A DNA stretch of 63,180 nt, counting the filler, from Octopus bimaculoides (lineage: Eukaryota): assembly GCF_001194135.2 (NCBI RefSeq). It is 7 parts of 6 records of this genome, joined end to end, with 100 filler letters (N's around TTAATTAATTAA, not from the genome) between each part and the next. Parts side by side here need not be neighbours in the genome. Positions count along the whole stretch, not along the records: positions 1 to 13,069 come from NW_026398881.1; 6 more parts are not named here. The stretch is one strand, 5' to 3'. The translations under genes were made by a program, and so were the position numbers. The notes under the pieces are model-generated. The model saw only the letters and a list, made by a program, of their open reading frames with translations, did not search any database and had not been told where the DNA came from. Each line of letters opens with the position of its first letter. The stretch's first letter is position 1. Below are positions 1 through 13,169 of this stretch, in pieces.

Positions 1-465
1 TATAAATATCTATACACACATACATACATACAGATATATACACATACGTACCTATCTGTCTCTCTCTCTATTTATCGACCCATATACACACACACACACA
101 TATAATGAAAGCTAACTTTTGCCATTATTGGGTTATATAAGGCAATACGGTATAGGTGTACGTAATACAATTACAATTTAACTTTATCAAATTTCTTGGT
201 CCTTATACAAAATGATGAAATAAATAGTCATTTTCAAAAGAAAGACATTTAACAGCTTAAAATATAATTAAATAAAACAAGTTTCTCATTTGTATAACTT
301 TTCCCATAACTACTGTCCTTTACTTCAATTCCTCCACTTCTTCCTCCTCCTGCCACCAAGCCTAGTATGTGCATCTTTCTGCACCTCTTGTATTAACTCT
401 CACCTGTATTTCTCTTTTACTCTCTCCTGTCTCTCTCTTTTACTCTCTTTCCACCTCTCTCTTTT

Positions 466-499
<34 letters not shown>

Positions 500-596
500 T
501 CTATCTACCTATCTTTCAGTATGTCTATCTATCTATTTATCTACCTATTTATTTATCTATCTGTCAGTCTGTCTCTGTCTATCTATCTATCTACCC

Positions 597-988
597 ACAG
601 GAGTGGCTGTGTGGTAAGTAACTTGCTTACCAACCACATGGTTCCGGGTTCTGTCCCACTGTGTGACACCTTGGGCAAATGTCTTCTACTATAGCCTTGG
701 GCCAACCAAAGCTTTGTGAGTGGATTTGGTAGACGGAAACTGAAAGAAGCCCTTTGTATATATGTGTGTGTGTGTGTTTTGTCCCCCCCAAAAAAAAACA
801 TCGTTTGACAACCAATGCTGGTGTGTTTATGTCCCCATAACTTAACAGTTTAGCAACAGAGACAGACAGAATAAGTACTAGGCTTACAAAGAATAAGTCC
901 TGGGGTCGATTTGCTCAACTAAAGGCAGTGCTACAGCATGGCCACAGTCAAATGACTGAAACAGGTGAAAGAATAAAAGACTAAAAGA

Positions 989-990
<2 letters not shown>
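597..990 (+). mobile_element. tRNA-derived SINE with CORE-like central domain, (TG)n middle and conserved 3' tail
   Basis: tRNA-like head (TGGCTGTGTGGTAAG...GGTTCTGTCCC), CCTTGGGCAAATGTCTTCTACTATAGCC core-like block, tail CAGTCAAATGACTGAAACAGGT. Related copies or fragments at ~2848-2945, 4960-5030, 6545-6680(-), 16055-16250, 28640-28740(-), 33620-33905, 37330-37440(-), 51710-51850(-), 53337-53430, 60600-60730(-). Confidence 0.8.
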
Positions 991-1042
<52 letters not shown>

Positions 1043-1113
1043 CTATCTGCTTGGTTATCTATGTACTTAGTAACCGATGCATCTATTTATCTATCTGTAT
1101 GTATTTATGTATG

Positions 1114-1148
<35 letters not shown>

Positions 1149-1597
1149 CTAATGTGTAGAGACACAGACCGAGACAGGAGCAGAGACGAACAGACAATGA
1201 TGATGATGGCATCCCATCCTACATGACAATGACACACCTCTATGCATCTTAAAATTACGTAACCAGTCATCATTCTAACCAAAATCAATGTGTGAAAGTC
1301 AAAGAGTACAATACTGAAAAGCCAGCACCTGAATTTAAACTAAGAACCATAAAAGCTTTGCAATAATCCTTCAAAATCATGAAGCCTCAAAGTTTATATA
1401 ACGGTGTTACCTAAGTGGCTTAGCTGAAGCAAAAACAATTCACGCTGTTAATGGTTCTATCGCATTTTCCATTTATTTGTGGAAATTGAAAAAAATTTCA
1501 ATGTATTTGACAATTTTAAATTTGGGTTTATTTGAAGTGGTGTGGGAAGGGAAACGCCATTCCCAGAACACTGCATGCACCCGTCTACGCAGACACA

Positions 1598-1702
<105 letters not shown>

Positions 1703-1813
1703 CTATCTATCGATTTATCTATATCTATCTATCTATCTATCTATCTATTTATCTATCTATATCTATCTGTCTATCTATAGCTTGCACCCTCTCTCTCTCC
1801 ATGTGTGTGTGTG

Positions 1814-1858
<45 letters not shown>

Positions 1859-3575
1859 ATGTATGTGTATACATTTATATATATATATATATAGATCCAC
1901 ATATATATATATAGATGTGTTTCTCTTTCTTTCTCTCTCTCTCTCTCTCTCGCTTTCTTTTTCTCCCCCTCTCTCTTTATATATATGTGTGTGTGTGTGT
2001 GTGTATCCATATATGCATGTATGCGTGTATGTATGTATAAGTGTGTATGTGTTTGTGCATGTATATATGCATATATATGTGAGTGTGTGTGTGTATGTAC
2101 GTATGCATATGTATGTATGGGAACAAATTCCATTATTTTCAGTAAAATTTGCTGCATTTATTGCGTAATAACGGAATCACATCTATTATTTGGAATGAAG
2201 ATGATGATGGTGGTGGTGGTGGTGGTGGTGGTGGTGGTGGTGTGGTGGTGGTGATGATGGTGATGATGATGATGATGATAATGATGATGATGACGATGAT
2301 GATGGTAGTGGTGATGATGACGACAACGACGATGATGATGATGATGGTGAGGATTACGTCAATGTCGGTTTGGAGGAAGGGAGGTCATGGTCCAAGAGAG
2401 AAAGAAAGATTTTGTTGTTTTTGTTTTTAATTCTTTTTCTCCGTTTTTTTTTAATGTTTTTTTTCTTTGTTTTTATATTTGTTCGCCTTTTCCATTTAAT
2501 TATTATTTCTTTCATTTCATTAATAAGTAATAACCAAAATTATTAATCAAAAAGCAAGGAGTGGCGCTCTCTAGTTTGTGGTTTTAACAGTCTTTTTATT
2601 GTTTGTGTGTGTGTGTGTGTGTGTGTGTAATTTGTGTAGTAGCTGTGTATATATATATGCATGATGTGTTTTTATACATATGTGTATAAATGATGTGTGT
2701 GTGTGTGTTTCTGTGTGTGTATATAACTTGTGTAGTAGATGCATATATATATGTGTATGTATATATGTGTGTGTGTGTGTATACACGATATGTGTTTATA
2801 CATATGTGTATAAATGATGTGTGTGTGTATGTGCATGTAGATTCAGGCATGGCTGTGTGTTAAAAAGTTTGCTTCCCAGCTGCATGGACCCAGGTTCAGT
2901 TCTACTGTGAGGCACCTTGTGCAAGTGTCTTCTGCCGCAGCCTCACCAAAAGAGTGCAACAGAATAAGAATCAGGCTTCCAAAAACAAATTTTCTAAAAG
3001 ATAATTCCTAACATTGACTCATTTGGCTAAAAATTCTTCAAGGCAGTGCACGAGAATGGCCACAGTCCAATGACTGCAATAAGTGCAACACATGCTGGCA
3101 CGGGCTGGATGGTTTGACAGTAGCTAACCACCTGAAGGGCCGTTCAGGTTCCCTGTTAGTTTTAACATGGTTTTTACAGCTGGATGCCCTTCCTAATGCC
3201 AACCACTTTACAGAGTGTACTGGATGCTTTTACACAGCACAGGAATGGGTGCTTTTTACATGGCACCAGCATGTACGACCCCACAAGATTAGGGATGCTG
3301 AGCTGGAGAAGGTTGGAGCCATAGAAACCCTGTCAAAACTGACACAGAGACTAAAAAGCCCTTCAACTGGTCAGCTCCTGTCAAACCATTCAACCTATGC
3401 CAGCACAGGTTGGACTTATTTCAGTCATTAGACTGTGGCCATTCTGGTGCACTGTCTTGAAGAATTTTTAGCCAAATGGCACCAGCACCTACAAGCCCTC
3501 AAGATTAGTGTTGCTCAGCTGGAGCGGGTTGCTGAAGAGGGCTGCAGGTTGCAGGATATATATAATAATAATATA

Positions 3576-3616
<41 letters not shown>

Positions 3617-5527
3617 NNNNNNNNNNNNNNNNNNNNNNNNNNNNNNNNNNNNNNNNNNNNNNNNNNNNNNNNNNNNNNNNNNNNNNNNNNNNNNNNNNNN
3701 NNNNNNNNNNNNNNNNNNNNNNNNNNNNNNNNNNNNNNNNNNNNNNNNNNNNNNNNNNNNNNNNNNNNNNNNNNNNNNNNNNNNNNNNNNNNNNNNNNNN
3801 NNNNNNNNNNNNNNNNNNNNNNNNNNNNNNNNNNNNNNNNNNNNNNNNNNNNNNNNNNNNNNNNNNNNNNNNNNNNNNNNNNNNNNNNNNNNNNNNNNNN
3901 NNNNNNNNNNNNNNNNNNNNNNNNNNNNNNNNNNNNNNNNNNNNNNNNNNNNNNNNNNNNNNNNNNNNNNNNNNNNNNNNNNNNNNNNNNNNNNNNNNNN
4001 NNNNNNNNNNNNNNNNNNNNNNNNNNNNNNNNNNNNNNNNNNNNNNNNNNNNNNNNNNNNNNNNNNNNNNNNNNNNNNNNNNNNNNNNNNNNNNNNNNNN
4101 NNNNNNNNNNNNNNNNNNNNNNNNNNNNNNNNNNNNNNNNNNNNNNNNNNNNNNNNNNNNNNNNNNNNNNNNNNNNNNNNNNNNNNNNNNNNNNNNNNNN
4201 NNNNNNNNNNNNNNNNNNNNNNNNNNNNNNNNNNNNNNNNNNNNNNNNNNNNNNNNNNNNNNNNNNNNNNNNNNNNNNNNNNNNNNNNNNNNNNNNNNNN
4301 NNNNNNNNNNNNNNNNNNNNNNNNNNNNNNNNNNNNNNNNNNNNNNNNNNNNNNNNNNNNNNNNNNNNNNNNNNNNNNNNNNNNNNNNNNNNNNNNNNNN
4401 NNNNNNNNNNNNNNNNNGAAAGATGGAAAGTTCGGAGAATGGAAGAACGGAGAAAGAGGAAAATGATACCGATGCCCACGAGGTTACATTATATATATGC
4501 ATACATATAAATGCATATATACATACGTATATGTACATACATCTAGATGCATGTGTGGGCACAGGACGTCACGAAACATGTACAACAAAAAAATACGAAG
4601 CATGAGTACATGGAATATGAACTATTCTTGTGAACAACGAAAGACAAAACAAACAACACAAAGAACGACCCTTCATCAGTTGTTGGCTGTTTTTCTATTC
4701 TCGTATTTCAAGCATTTAACAACAATATACGCTTTCGATAAAACAGTTGCTCCCACAAAGCAAGTTAAATAAAATTTGGGATTTTTGTGGAGGGTCAAAA
4801 TTGGTAACACAAACAGGACACTGAAAACAAACAGAAAGGGCTGCTAAGCCTAAACGAGGTTGTGGTGGCAAACGTGCAAATCAAGCATGGACAGGGGACA
4901 AACAAGAACACATCTTCCTTGTTCCTTGAAAAGAATAACGAATAAGGGTATAACTCTTTTTGACTAAAAGACCTCAAAGTCCTGCTCCAGGCTGGCCACA
5001 GTCCAATGACTGAAACAAGTAAAAGTTAAAAGAAAAACCACCTAATTTACTCAATAAATTCATAAATTAAACAATCAAATTCATTTTAAAAATAGAATCC
5101 GTCTCCAGAAAAAATTTCAGGAATACAATAACATTAATTTCAAATGACAGAATGAGAGGAGATCTTAAAATAAGTAATTATGAGCAATGTTCGTTAGAGA
5201 ATCCTGATGTTTTTGTGAGTTTGCCATTCCTCGATGAAGCATTGAATTCTTGCTGTAACAGTAATACAGTGTTTGGATATTAATTTGTTTCTTGAGTGTT
5301 TCTTTCTGTAAATTTCTGAAATAATTTTCAGGTGGAAATGGTAGAATGGAATCATTTGTGCTTGAATTTCCTCATTAGTTAATTACATCGCTAACCAATA
5401 GTTCGTTGGTTAATGAAATAGCTAATGAAATGTGATGGAGTTACTCTGCGAATAAAAAGGCTTAAACAATGCTTAGTGATGTATATATTCTGTGACTAAA
5501 AAACTGTGATGATATATTTATAAATGA

Positions 5528-5577
<50 letters not shown>

Positions 5578-5578
<1 letters not shown>

Positions 5579-5928
5579 GCTCAAAATGGTGTATTTTATG
5601 TGCCACCCGCACAAGAGCCAGTCCAGGGGTACTGGCGAGATCATTGCCAGTGCCCCTGGACTGGCTCTTATGCAGGTGGCACATAAAATACACCATTTTG
5701 AGCGTGGCCGTTGCCAGTACCGCCTGACTGGCCTTCGTGCGGGTGACATGTAAAAGCACCCACTACACTCTCTGAGTGGTTGGCGTTAGGAAAGACATCC
5801 AGCTGTAGAAACTCTGCCAAATCAAATTGGAGTCTGGTGTTGCCATCCGGTTTCACCAGTCCTCAGTCAAATCGTCCAACCCATGGAAAGCGGACGTTAA
5901 ACGATGATGATGATGATGATGATGATGA
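5578..5928 (+). mobile_element. SINE with RTE-like 3' end and (GAT)n tail, containing a long internal inverted repeat
   Basis: Ends TCCAACCCATGGAAAGCGGACGTTAAAC(GAT)n. Same family at 23637-23876, 15725-15950, 3085-3270, 30200-30420(-), 13280-13325 and 35240-35304. Confidence 0.75.
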
Positions 5929-6759
5929 TATATATTAATATTTCATAAGATAGAAGCTTATAAGTGATCACCATTTACAAAGAAAGTAGTCTAATGTTGG
6001 AGCAAAAATGCCTTCAATGGAAAAAACTAAGGTTTCTTGTACACATGCGTACAGGAAACCCTACTTTTTTTCTGTCAAGGTCTTATATGCCCCAATATTA
6101 GACTATTTTCTTTGGTCATTACATTGTTGATCGCTTATAAGGTTCAAACATCGTGGTGTATTGGAGCGATTTCTCATCAATGGAAGAGTCCAGTGAAACT
6201 CATGGGTAGGAGAGATGCAGCTGAGGTGTATGAGTCCGAGTGTAGGAGAGTAGAAGAAAGTTCAAGTAGAGAATCCAGGTACAATAGTCCAAGAAAAGTT
6301 CGAAGTGTTGTGAGGTGGAGACAGGATAAAACTGATGCGACCACGTGAGCGTGTAATATATAGTGAGAATTTACAAAACAAAAAAAACAAAAAAAGACAA
6401 AGACGGGTGTGTAAACAACAAACAGATGTGTTAGTTTAACACTCGAGAAGTGAGAATGTCTTTTACGTTTCGAGCCTATGCTCTTCAACAGAAACGAACA
6501 CAGAAATAAACAGGGAGAGAAAATTAAAAAAGGGTTTAGTGGCTAATACGATGGGCTTCTTTCAGTTTCCGTCTACCAAATCCACTCACAAGGCTTTGGT
6601 CAGCCTGGGTTTGGAAGACATTTGTCTCAGGTGCCTTACAGTGAGACTGATCTCAGGACCATTTAGTTGGGAATCTTCAGGAAAGTTATGACTTGCAAAG
6701 TTATAATTTGCCTAAAGTACCTCTGTGTATATCTGTACATACTATGTATGTATATTTTG

Positions 6760-7146
6760 TGGAGGCGCAATGGTCCAGTGGTTAGGGCAGCGGACTCGCG
6801 GTCATAGGATCGCGGTTTCGATTCCCAGACCGGGCGTTGTGAGTGTTTATTGAGCGAAAACACCTAAAGCTCCACGAGGCTCCGGCAGGGGATGGTGGCG
6901 AACCCTGCTGTACTCTTTCACCACAACTTTCTCTCACTCTTACTTCATGTTTCTGTTGTGCCTGTAATTCAAAGGGCCAGCCTTTTCACCTTCGATGTTA
7001 CGCTGAATGTCCCTGAGAACTACGTTAAGGGTACACGTGTCTGTGGAGTGCTCAGCCACTTGCACGTTAATTTCACGAGCAGGCTGTTTCCGTTGATCGG
7101 ATCAACTGGAACCCTCGACGTCGTAAGCGACGGAGTGCCAACAACA
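6760..7146 (+). mobile_element. Young, apparently intact tRNA-derived SINE
   Basis: A box (TGGTCCAGTGG) and B box (GGTTTCGATTCC) in a tRNA-like head, ~380 bp GC-richer body, short CAACAACA tail. A decayed 3' portion is at ~16225-16400. Confidence 0.75.
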
Positions 7147-8923
7147 TATGTATATGTTTATGGTATGTATGTGTACGTATGTATGTATGTTTGTATATGG
7201 TTGTGCATATGTATGTATGTGTGTGTGTGTGTGTAATGCATGCAAACACACACATATACATACATACATGCACTACCAAATTGTTTTGTGTCCACACTAT
7301 GTAATGTCCTATAACATATTCTATTAGAGATATAGTGATAGAAAGAGGAAGGGGAGTTGAGAGAAAAGAAGAAAGAAGCGTCGAGAGAGAAGAGGAGAGA
7401 AGGGATGAGGAGTGAGTAGAAAAAGGAAATAGAAACAGTTATAAGAGAAAGGGAAGATTGATACAAAGAGAGAGAGAGAGAGAGTCACTAAATGAAAAGA
7501 GAGTCACAAGGAGAGAGGGAGAGAAAGAGAGTGAGAAAGAGAAGGATACTAAATGAAAAGAGGGAAAGGACAGAGAGACAGACAGACAGATAGATACTGA
7601 ATGAAGAGAGAGAGGGGGGAGAGGGAAAGAGACAGGCAGACAGACAGATACTTAATGAAAAGGGAACTTGGAGAGAGATTAGAAAGGGAAATAGATAATA
7701 ATAATTATGATGGAGAAATACGGCAGCAAGCTGGCAGAATCGTTAGCATGCTGGACAAAATGCTTAGTGGTATTTCGTTTGTCTTTATGTTTTGTGTTCA
7801 AATTCCACCGAAGCCGACTTTGCCTTGCATCCTTTTGGAGTTGATAAAATAAGCACCAGTTGAGCATTGGGATTGATGTAAATTGACTTATTCTCTTCCT
7901 GCCTTTACCAAAATTTAGCATGGAGAAATAAAAGAGAGAAGCAGAGCAAAGGTGAGATTAAAGGGGGAAATTTTAGAGAAGGAGAGAATCACAGTGAGAG
8001 AGAGAGAGAAAGATGATAAATGGAGAGGGAGAGTGTTACAAAGAGAGAAAGAAAGAAACTAAATGAAGAGGGAAAGAGAGAGAGAGTCACAGAGAGGGAC
8101 AAAAAGGTTATAAATGAAAGGGGGGGGACGTCACAGAGATAGAGAGAGATACTAAATGGAAAGAGAGAGAGAGAGAAAGTTACTAAATGAAAAGTGAGAT
8201 AGGTAGATAGATAGATAGATAGATAGAGAGGGGAAGAGTAGAGAAATAAAAATGGAAAGGTTTTTAAGAAATAATGTGTAAAAGAGATTTTAACTGAAAT
8301 AATGGCGAAATAAAAGAGAAGAGATAAGGTGGCAGGGTGTAAAACGAGGAAGAAATGGAGAAAGACAAAGAATGAGAGAGAATGGGAGAAGAGGGGAAGC
8401 GAGAAAAAAGGAGAATGTGTGTTGGGGGGGGGGGGATCGTATCAGTCCAGTTTACGCAATTCAAAGCAATTGTCGTCTGCTTCTTCCAATAGCAGACGAT
8501 AGCGACATAACAACTGTAATAATGAGAGATATCAACAGTAAACGGCCATATTAACAGCGGCAAGAACAACAACGACAACAACAGCGAGGAATCTTTGTGG
8601 TCATTCGACTTGCTAGAAATAGCAGTTAAATCGGATCTATCTTAAAACGGGGGCCACATTTTTCATTAATGTTTTACGTAGTGTTTTTGGTACGGAAAGA
8701 CTTTCAAACTTCGTATACTTATCTATTTTGTGTTATAGAACAGAAAAATATTTTTATATTCGAATTTATTTCATGTAAAAAATTGTCTTATTTCGATAAT
8801 TTCAACCAATCACTGACAAGTATTCAGTTGTTTATATTTACTCCTTTGGCTGATTAAGCGATGTAAAGCGTATTTAATCTCCATACCTTCATTTTATTTG
8901 CTTTTTTCATTTTAAATTTGCTT

Positions 8924-8976
8924 TAACCCTAACCCTAACCCTAACCCTAGGGTTAGGGTTAGGGTTAGGATTAGGG
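8924..8976. repeat. Interstitial telomere-type repeats in palindromic (CCCTAA)n-(TTAGGG)n arrangement
   Basis: TAACCC x4, then TAGGG and TTAGGG x4 (one variant TTAGGA); symmetry centre 8948/8949; runs into a gap. Confidence 0.9.
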
Positions 8977-9834
8977 NNNNNNNNNNNNNNNNNNNNNNNN
9001 NNNNNNNNNNNNNNNNNNNNNNNNNNNNNNNNNNNNNNNNNNNNNNNNNNNNNNNNNNNNNNNNNNNNNNNNNNNNNNNNNNNNNNNNNNNNNNNNNNNN
9101 NNNNNNNNNNNNNNNNNNNNNNNNNNNNNNNNNNNNNNNNNNNNNNNNNNNNNNNNNNNNNNNNNNNNNNNNNNNNNNNNNNNNNNNNNNNNNNNNNNNN
9201 NNNNNNNNNNNNNNNNNNNNNNNNNNNNNNNNNNNNNNNNNNNNNNNNNNNNNNNNNNNNNNNNNNNNNNNNNNNNNNNNNNNNNNNNNNNNNNNNNNNN
9301 NNNNNNNNNNNNNNNNNNNNNNNNNNNNNNNNNNNNNNNNNNNNNNNNNNNNNNNNNNNNNNNNNNNNNNNNNNNNNNNNNNNNNNNNNNNNNNNNNNNN
9401 NNNNNNNNNNNNNNNNNNNNNNNNNNNNNNNNNNNNNNNNNNNNNNNNNNNNNNNNNNNNNNNNNNNNNNNNNNNNNNNNNNNNNNNNNNNNNNNNNNNN
9501 NNNNNNNNNNNNNNNNNNNNNNNNNNNNNNNNNNNNNNNNNNNNNNNNNNNNNNNNNNNNNNNNNNNNNNNNNNNNNNNNNNNNNNNNNNNNNNNNNNNN
9601 NNNNNNNNNNNNNNNNNNNNNNNNNNNNNNNNNNNNNNNNNNNNNNNNNNNNNNNNNNNNNNNNNNNNNNNNNNNNNNNNNNNNNNNNNNNNNNNNNNNN
9701 NNNNNNNNNNNNNNNNNNNNNNNNNNNNNNNNNNNNNNNNNNNNNNNNNNNNNNNNNNNNNNNNNNNNNNNNNNNNNNNNNNNNNNNNNNNNNNNNNNNN
9801 NNNNNNNNNNNNNNNNNNNNNNNNNNNNNNNNNN

Positions 9835-9924
<90 letters not shown>

Positions 9925-10201
9925 GTATGTATACATATATGTATATAGACTTATATACAAGTATGCATACATATATATAAATGTATACACATTTATAGAT
10001 TTATGTATGTATATATGAAAAAATATATAATACACATAAACCAACGCGCGCACAAGTATATACGTGTGTGTGTGTCTGTGTGTGTGTATCTGTGTGTTCA
10101 TAATTATACAATTTCACACATCACCATAGAATCAACGTGTATCGTGAAATTAACTCAATCATTATCTACACAACACAAACACACACATACACACACAAGC
10201 A

Positions 10202-10234
<33 letters not shown>

Positions 10235-10645
10235 CTCACTCACTCCGTGTAATGACTTCGCGTAAGCAATTTCCATTCCTTTTATATTTTCATTCTATCT
10301 TAAACTTACAAATAACAATACTGGAATTATGGTTCGGCGCTATTAATAGCTTTTACACTCAATCTAATCATAGATCATAAAAGACGAACGGATATGGTGC
10401 CTGGACAACATCAAAATTGGAACCATTTACAAAATTATACATGGACTTCCATGCATTTAATTGGCATTTTTCTCTCTTTTTAATGAATTTGTTATCCTCT
10501 TTTTTTTTTATTGTGTATTTATTAATTAATGTTTAGATTCATATCTGGAGTGCATACAATATACTTAACTGCCTGTCCAAATGGTGCGTTTCTGAGGCAC
10601 ATAGATAGACACATTCTGAAACACGCACACACGTGCAAGCGCCTT

Positions 10646-10746
<101 letters not shown>

Positions 10747-10875
10747 TTATCTACCTAACTACACACACACACACAAGTGAGCACATAAATGCAAATCAAA
10801 GTAGTAAACAAAATAGTACTCGAATACCTAAGGTAGAGTAATATGCTTTTATTAAAGCCAAAAACATCTTCACAA

Positions 10876-10915
10876 ACTGTTACTCAGCGTTTCATGTTTC
10901 CGTTCGTCGGACAGT
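10876..10915 (-). ncRNA. Decayed minimal hammerhead ribozyme motif (one arm of an inverted pair)
   Basis: Minus strand: ACUGU-CCGACGA-ACG GAAA CAU-GAAAC-GCUGA-GUA-ACAGU. Stem I is a perfect 5 bp; U4 is C and stem II has one mismatch. Confidence 0.6.
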
Positions 10916-11394
10916 CGCCCGACGAACGGAAGCATGAAACTTTAAGTTACAATATGTGAAGATTTTTTTTTTCTTTCTCAGCTTTAATATAAAAGTATAT
11001 ATATAGTTAAATAAGATTCGGGTAAAAAAAAACCTTGTAGAATGCTATGCAAAGCTCCTCCACAGTTATTGGTTACCTGATGTCGTCATGCAGTGGAAAT
11101 GTTCCAGCTACTGGACATACTTCAGGAATTCCATAGTATCTGTAGAGTTTATACAAGTAATCAATGATAGAAAATGGAATGAACGATATTCTTTATTTTT
11201 AAAATCCCTACAGTTGTTTCGGCACATTTCTACACCTTTAGTGCATTTGTGAGATGTTCTGTAATCATTATCATCCATCCGTGGCGTAAAATGCACTTCT
11301 TCAGGTGATTATTTAAAATAAGTCCTTCGTTAGATCCTATTGTCATTTCACTCAGTGTAAAAATGCATGCGCAAAGTCATTTTCAGCAGTTTAC

Positions 11395-11525
11395 AGACAA
11401 AAACTAAACCCAGAGACATAGTGACAGACAAAACTAAGCCCAAAGATATAGTGACAGACAAAACTAGGCCCAAAGATATAGTGACAGACAAAACTAAACC
11501 CAAAGATATAGTGACAGACAAAATA
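11395..11525. repeat. 30-bp minisatellite, about 4 copies
   Basis: Unit AGTGACAGACAAAACTAAGCCCAAAGATAT with small variants. Confidence 0.9.
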
Positions 11526-11703
11526 TAGACAAAATTACTATCAAAATATCTCTCTATATATACAAACGCATGCACAATTACATCTTTAAAATTTGTTTAC
11601 GGAAAACGTTATGAATATGCTCCTTATCCATTATGCTGGCCATATATATTTATATCTTTATTCAGCCACGAAGGACCGAACACAGATGGGACAATACAAT
11701 GTA

Positions 11704-11742
<39 letters not shown>

Positions 11743-12059
11743 TATATGCGAAAAGCGTTTATTCATCAAAATGTATCCCGCCATTTTCTATTGCCTGTTG
11801 CCATCGTCGTGCCTAACCCTTATGCCAATTGACTGGTTTAGAGGTAAAACCCCAAAAACTGCCTGCACCCGTTTTCAACCTCATCCGTGAGTGCAGAAAA
11901 TTAGCCACAACTTAAAAAAGGTGGTAATTTAATGGCGCAAGATATGAACTGCTGACAGGCTGAGGCAGCACTTCCCAGTCCCTCAAGTTTGCACTTGGTC
12001 ACATTTACAATGAGTACTGGCGAAGCCCGTGTCTTCGACTGACCAATGCCGAGAAGCAG

Positions 12060-12877
12060 GCTTTCAAAGTATCCTATATTCGCTGCAGCTGTTAGCGTTC
12101 ACAGCATGATCATCTGGGACAAGCTCAAAGTGCAATACCCACTCGAAATTCCAATAAACACACAACATGACTTTCCGTTCAAACCGCCATTGTTTGACAA
12201 GAGGTTCTGAAATCTGATTAGAACGAAGCCAATGATTTCTCTTAGTATTGCGACAATACATCCATTTTTCATCTCCAATTACTATCCAACGACAAAAGCT
12301 GGCATCACGAAGACTTACCACCGGTTGTTTTCAAATGTCCACACATCGTTGAGCCTGGTTCTGGACAGCATTTGTTCAAAACGCCGAGCTTATGAAAATA
12401 TCGATTGATGGTGCTTTGTCAAGGACCAAGAATCTCCCTTCCCTACAGTGTACAAGTGCTTATGCTTGATTGCTTGACAATTTCAAACCACGCTTCATCC
12501 TCCACTACAGGTCTCCATGACCTTGGTTTGGCTCTGAGGCCTTGAAACGTCTGAACCAGTTTTGTGCCACATGTTGGTTGACAATTCCTGGACCTTCCAC
12601 ATCATCAATTTCTTCTGCCGCAACCCTTATACCCAGTTCTTTTCATTCACATGTAGCGCAAATTGGCTCTAATGACAATTTTTTCGCCGCTCATTATCAC
12701 AGCTGTAAAATAATGAATAAATAATTAATGCTTATATGTTATACACGAAATTAAAGAATAAACAATTCAGTAACAATTAGACATGTTGTATCAAATTAAT
12801 GATGATGTAACAAGCAAAAACAAGTTGCCGAAAATCATCAATGAGAATCTGAAAGAAAAATTTTAACTCAACCTGAT
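12060..12877 (-). mobile_element. Mariner transposon remnant (disrupted transposase)
   Basis: WIVIGDEKWMY (TGDEKW-like) and KVMLCVYWNFEWVLHFEL in ORF 12064-12321; N-terminal AAEEIDDVEGPG...AQNWFRRFK upstream; TIR-like CAACCTGAT end at ~12877. Confidence 0.85.
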
Positions 12878-13069
12878 GTGCTTGTGCGTGAGAGTGTGCG
12901 TGTGCGTGTGCGTGTCTTGGTGGGGGATCGCATTGATATATACACATGTACAAATGAACATAAACCCAAGTTCTCGTTTTTATCTACGAGCATACACACA
13001 TACATGCAAACATACACGCGTAAACATACACGCTGGTGCATTTAAACATACACACAAAACTACGCACAT

Positions 13070-13169
13070 NNNNNNNNNNNNNNNNNNNNNNNNNNNNNNN
13101 NNNNNNNNNNNNNTTAATTAATTAANNNNNNNNNNNNNNNNNNNNNNNNNNNNNNNNNNNNNNNNNNNN
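13070..13169. other. Artificial assembly join (N44-TTAATTAATTAA-N44)
   Basis: The same 12-mer, with stops in all six frames and flanked by N runs, occurs at 13114, 23582, 35349, 44914, 59212 and 61547. Confidence 0.95.

Noticed and set aside
940-975. SINE tail CAGTC-AAAT-GACTGAAAC-AR-GT resembling a hammerhead 3' half (also 5000-5025 and 33858-33885)
   Set aside because: No CUGANGA upstream in any copy examined.
11395-11525. CRISPR-like reading of the 30-bp repeat
   Set aside because: Units are directly tandem with no spacers, in eukaryotic context.
13114-13125. TTAATTAATTAA recurring six times between N runs
   Set aside because: Fixed 44-N flanks and stops in all frames indicate an assembly linker, not biology.
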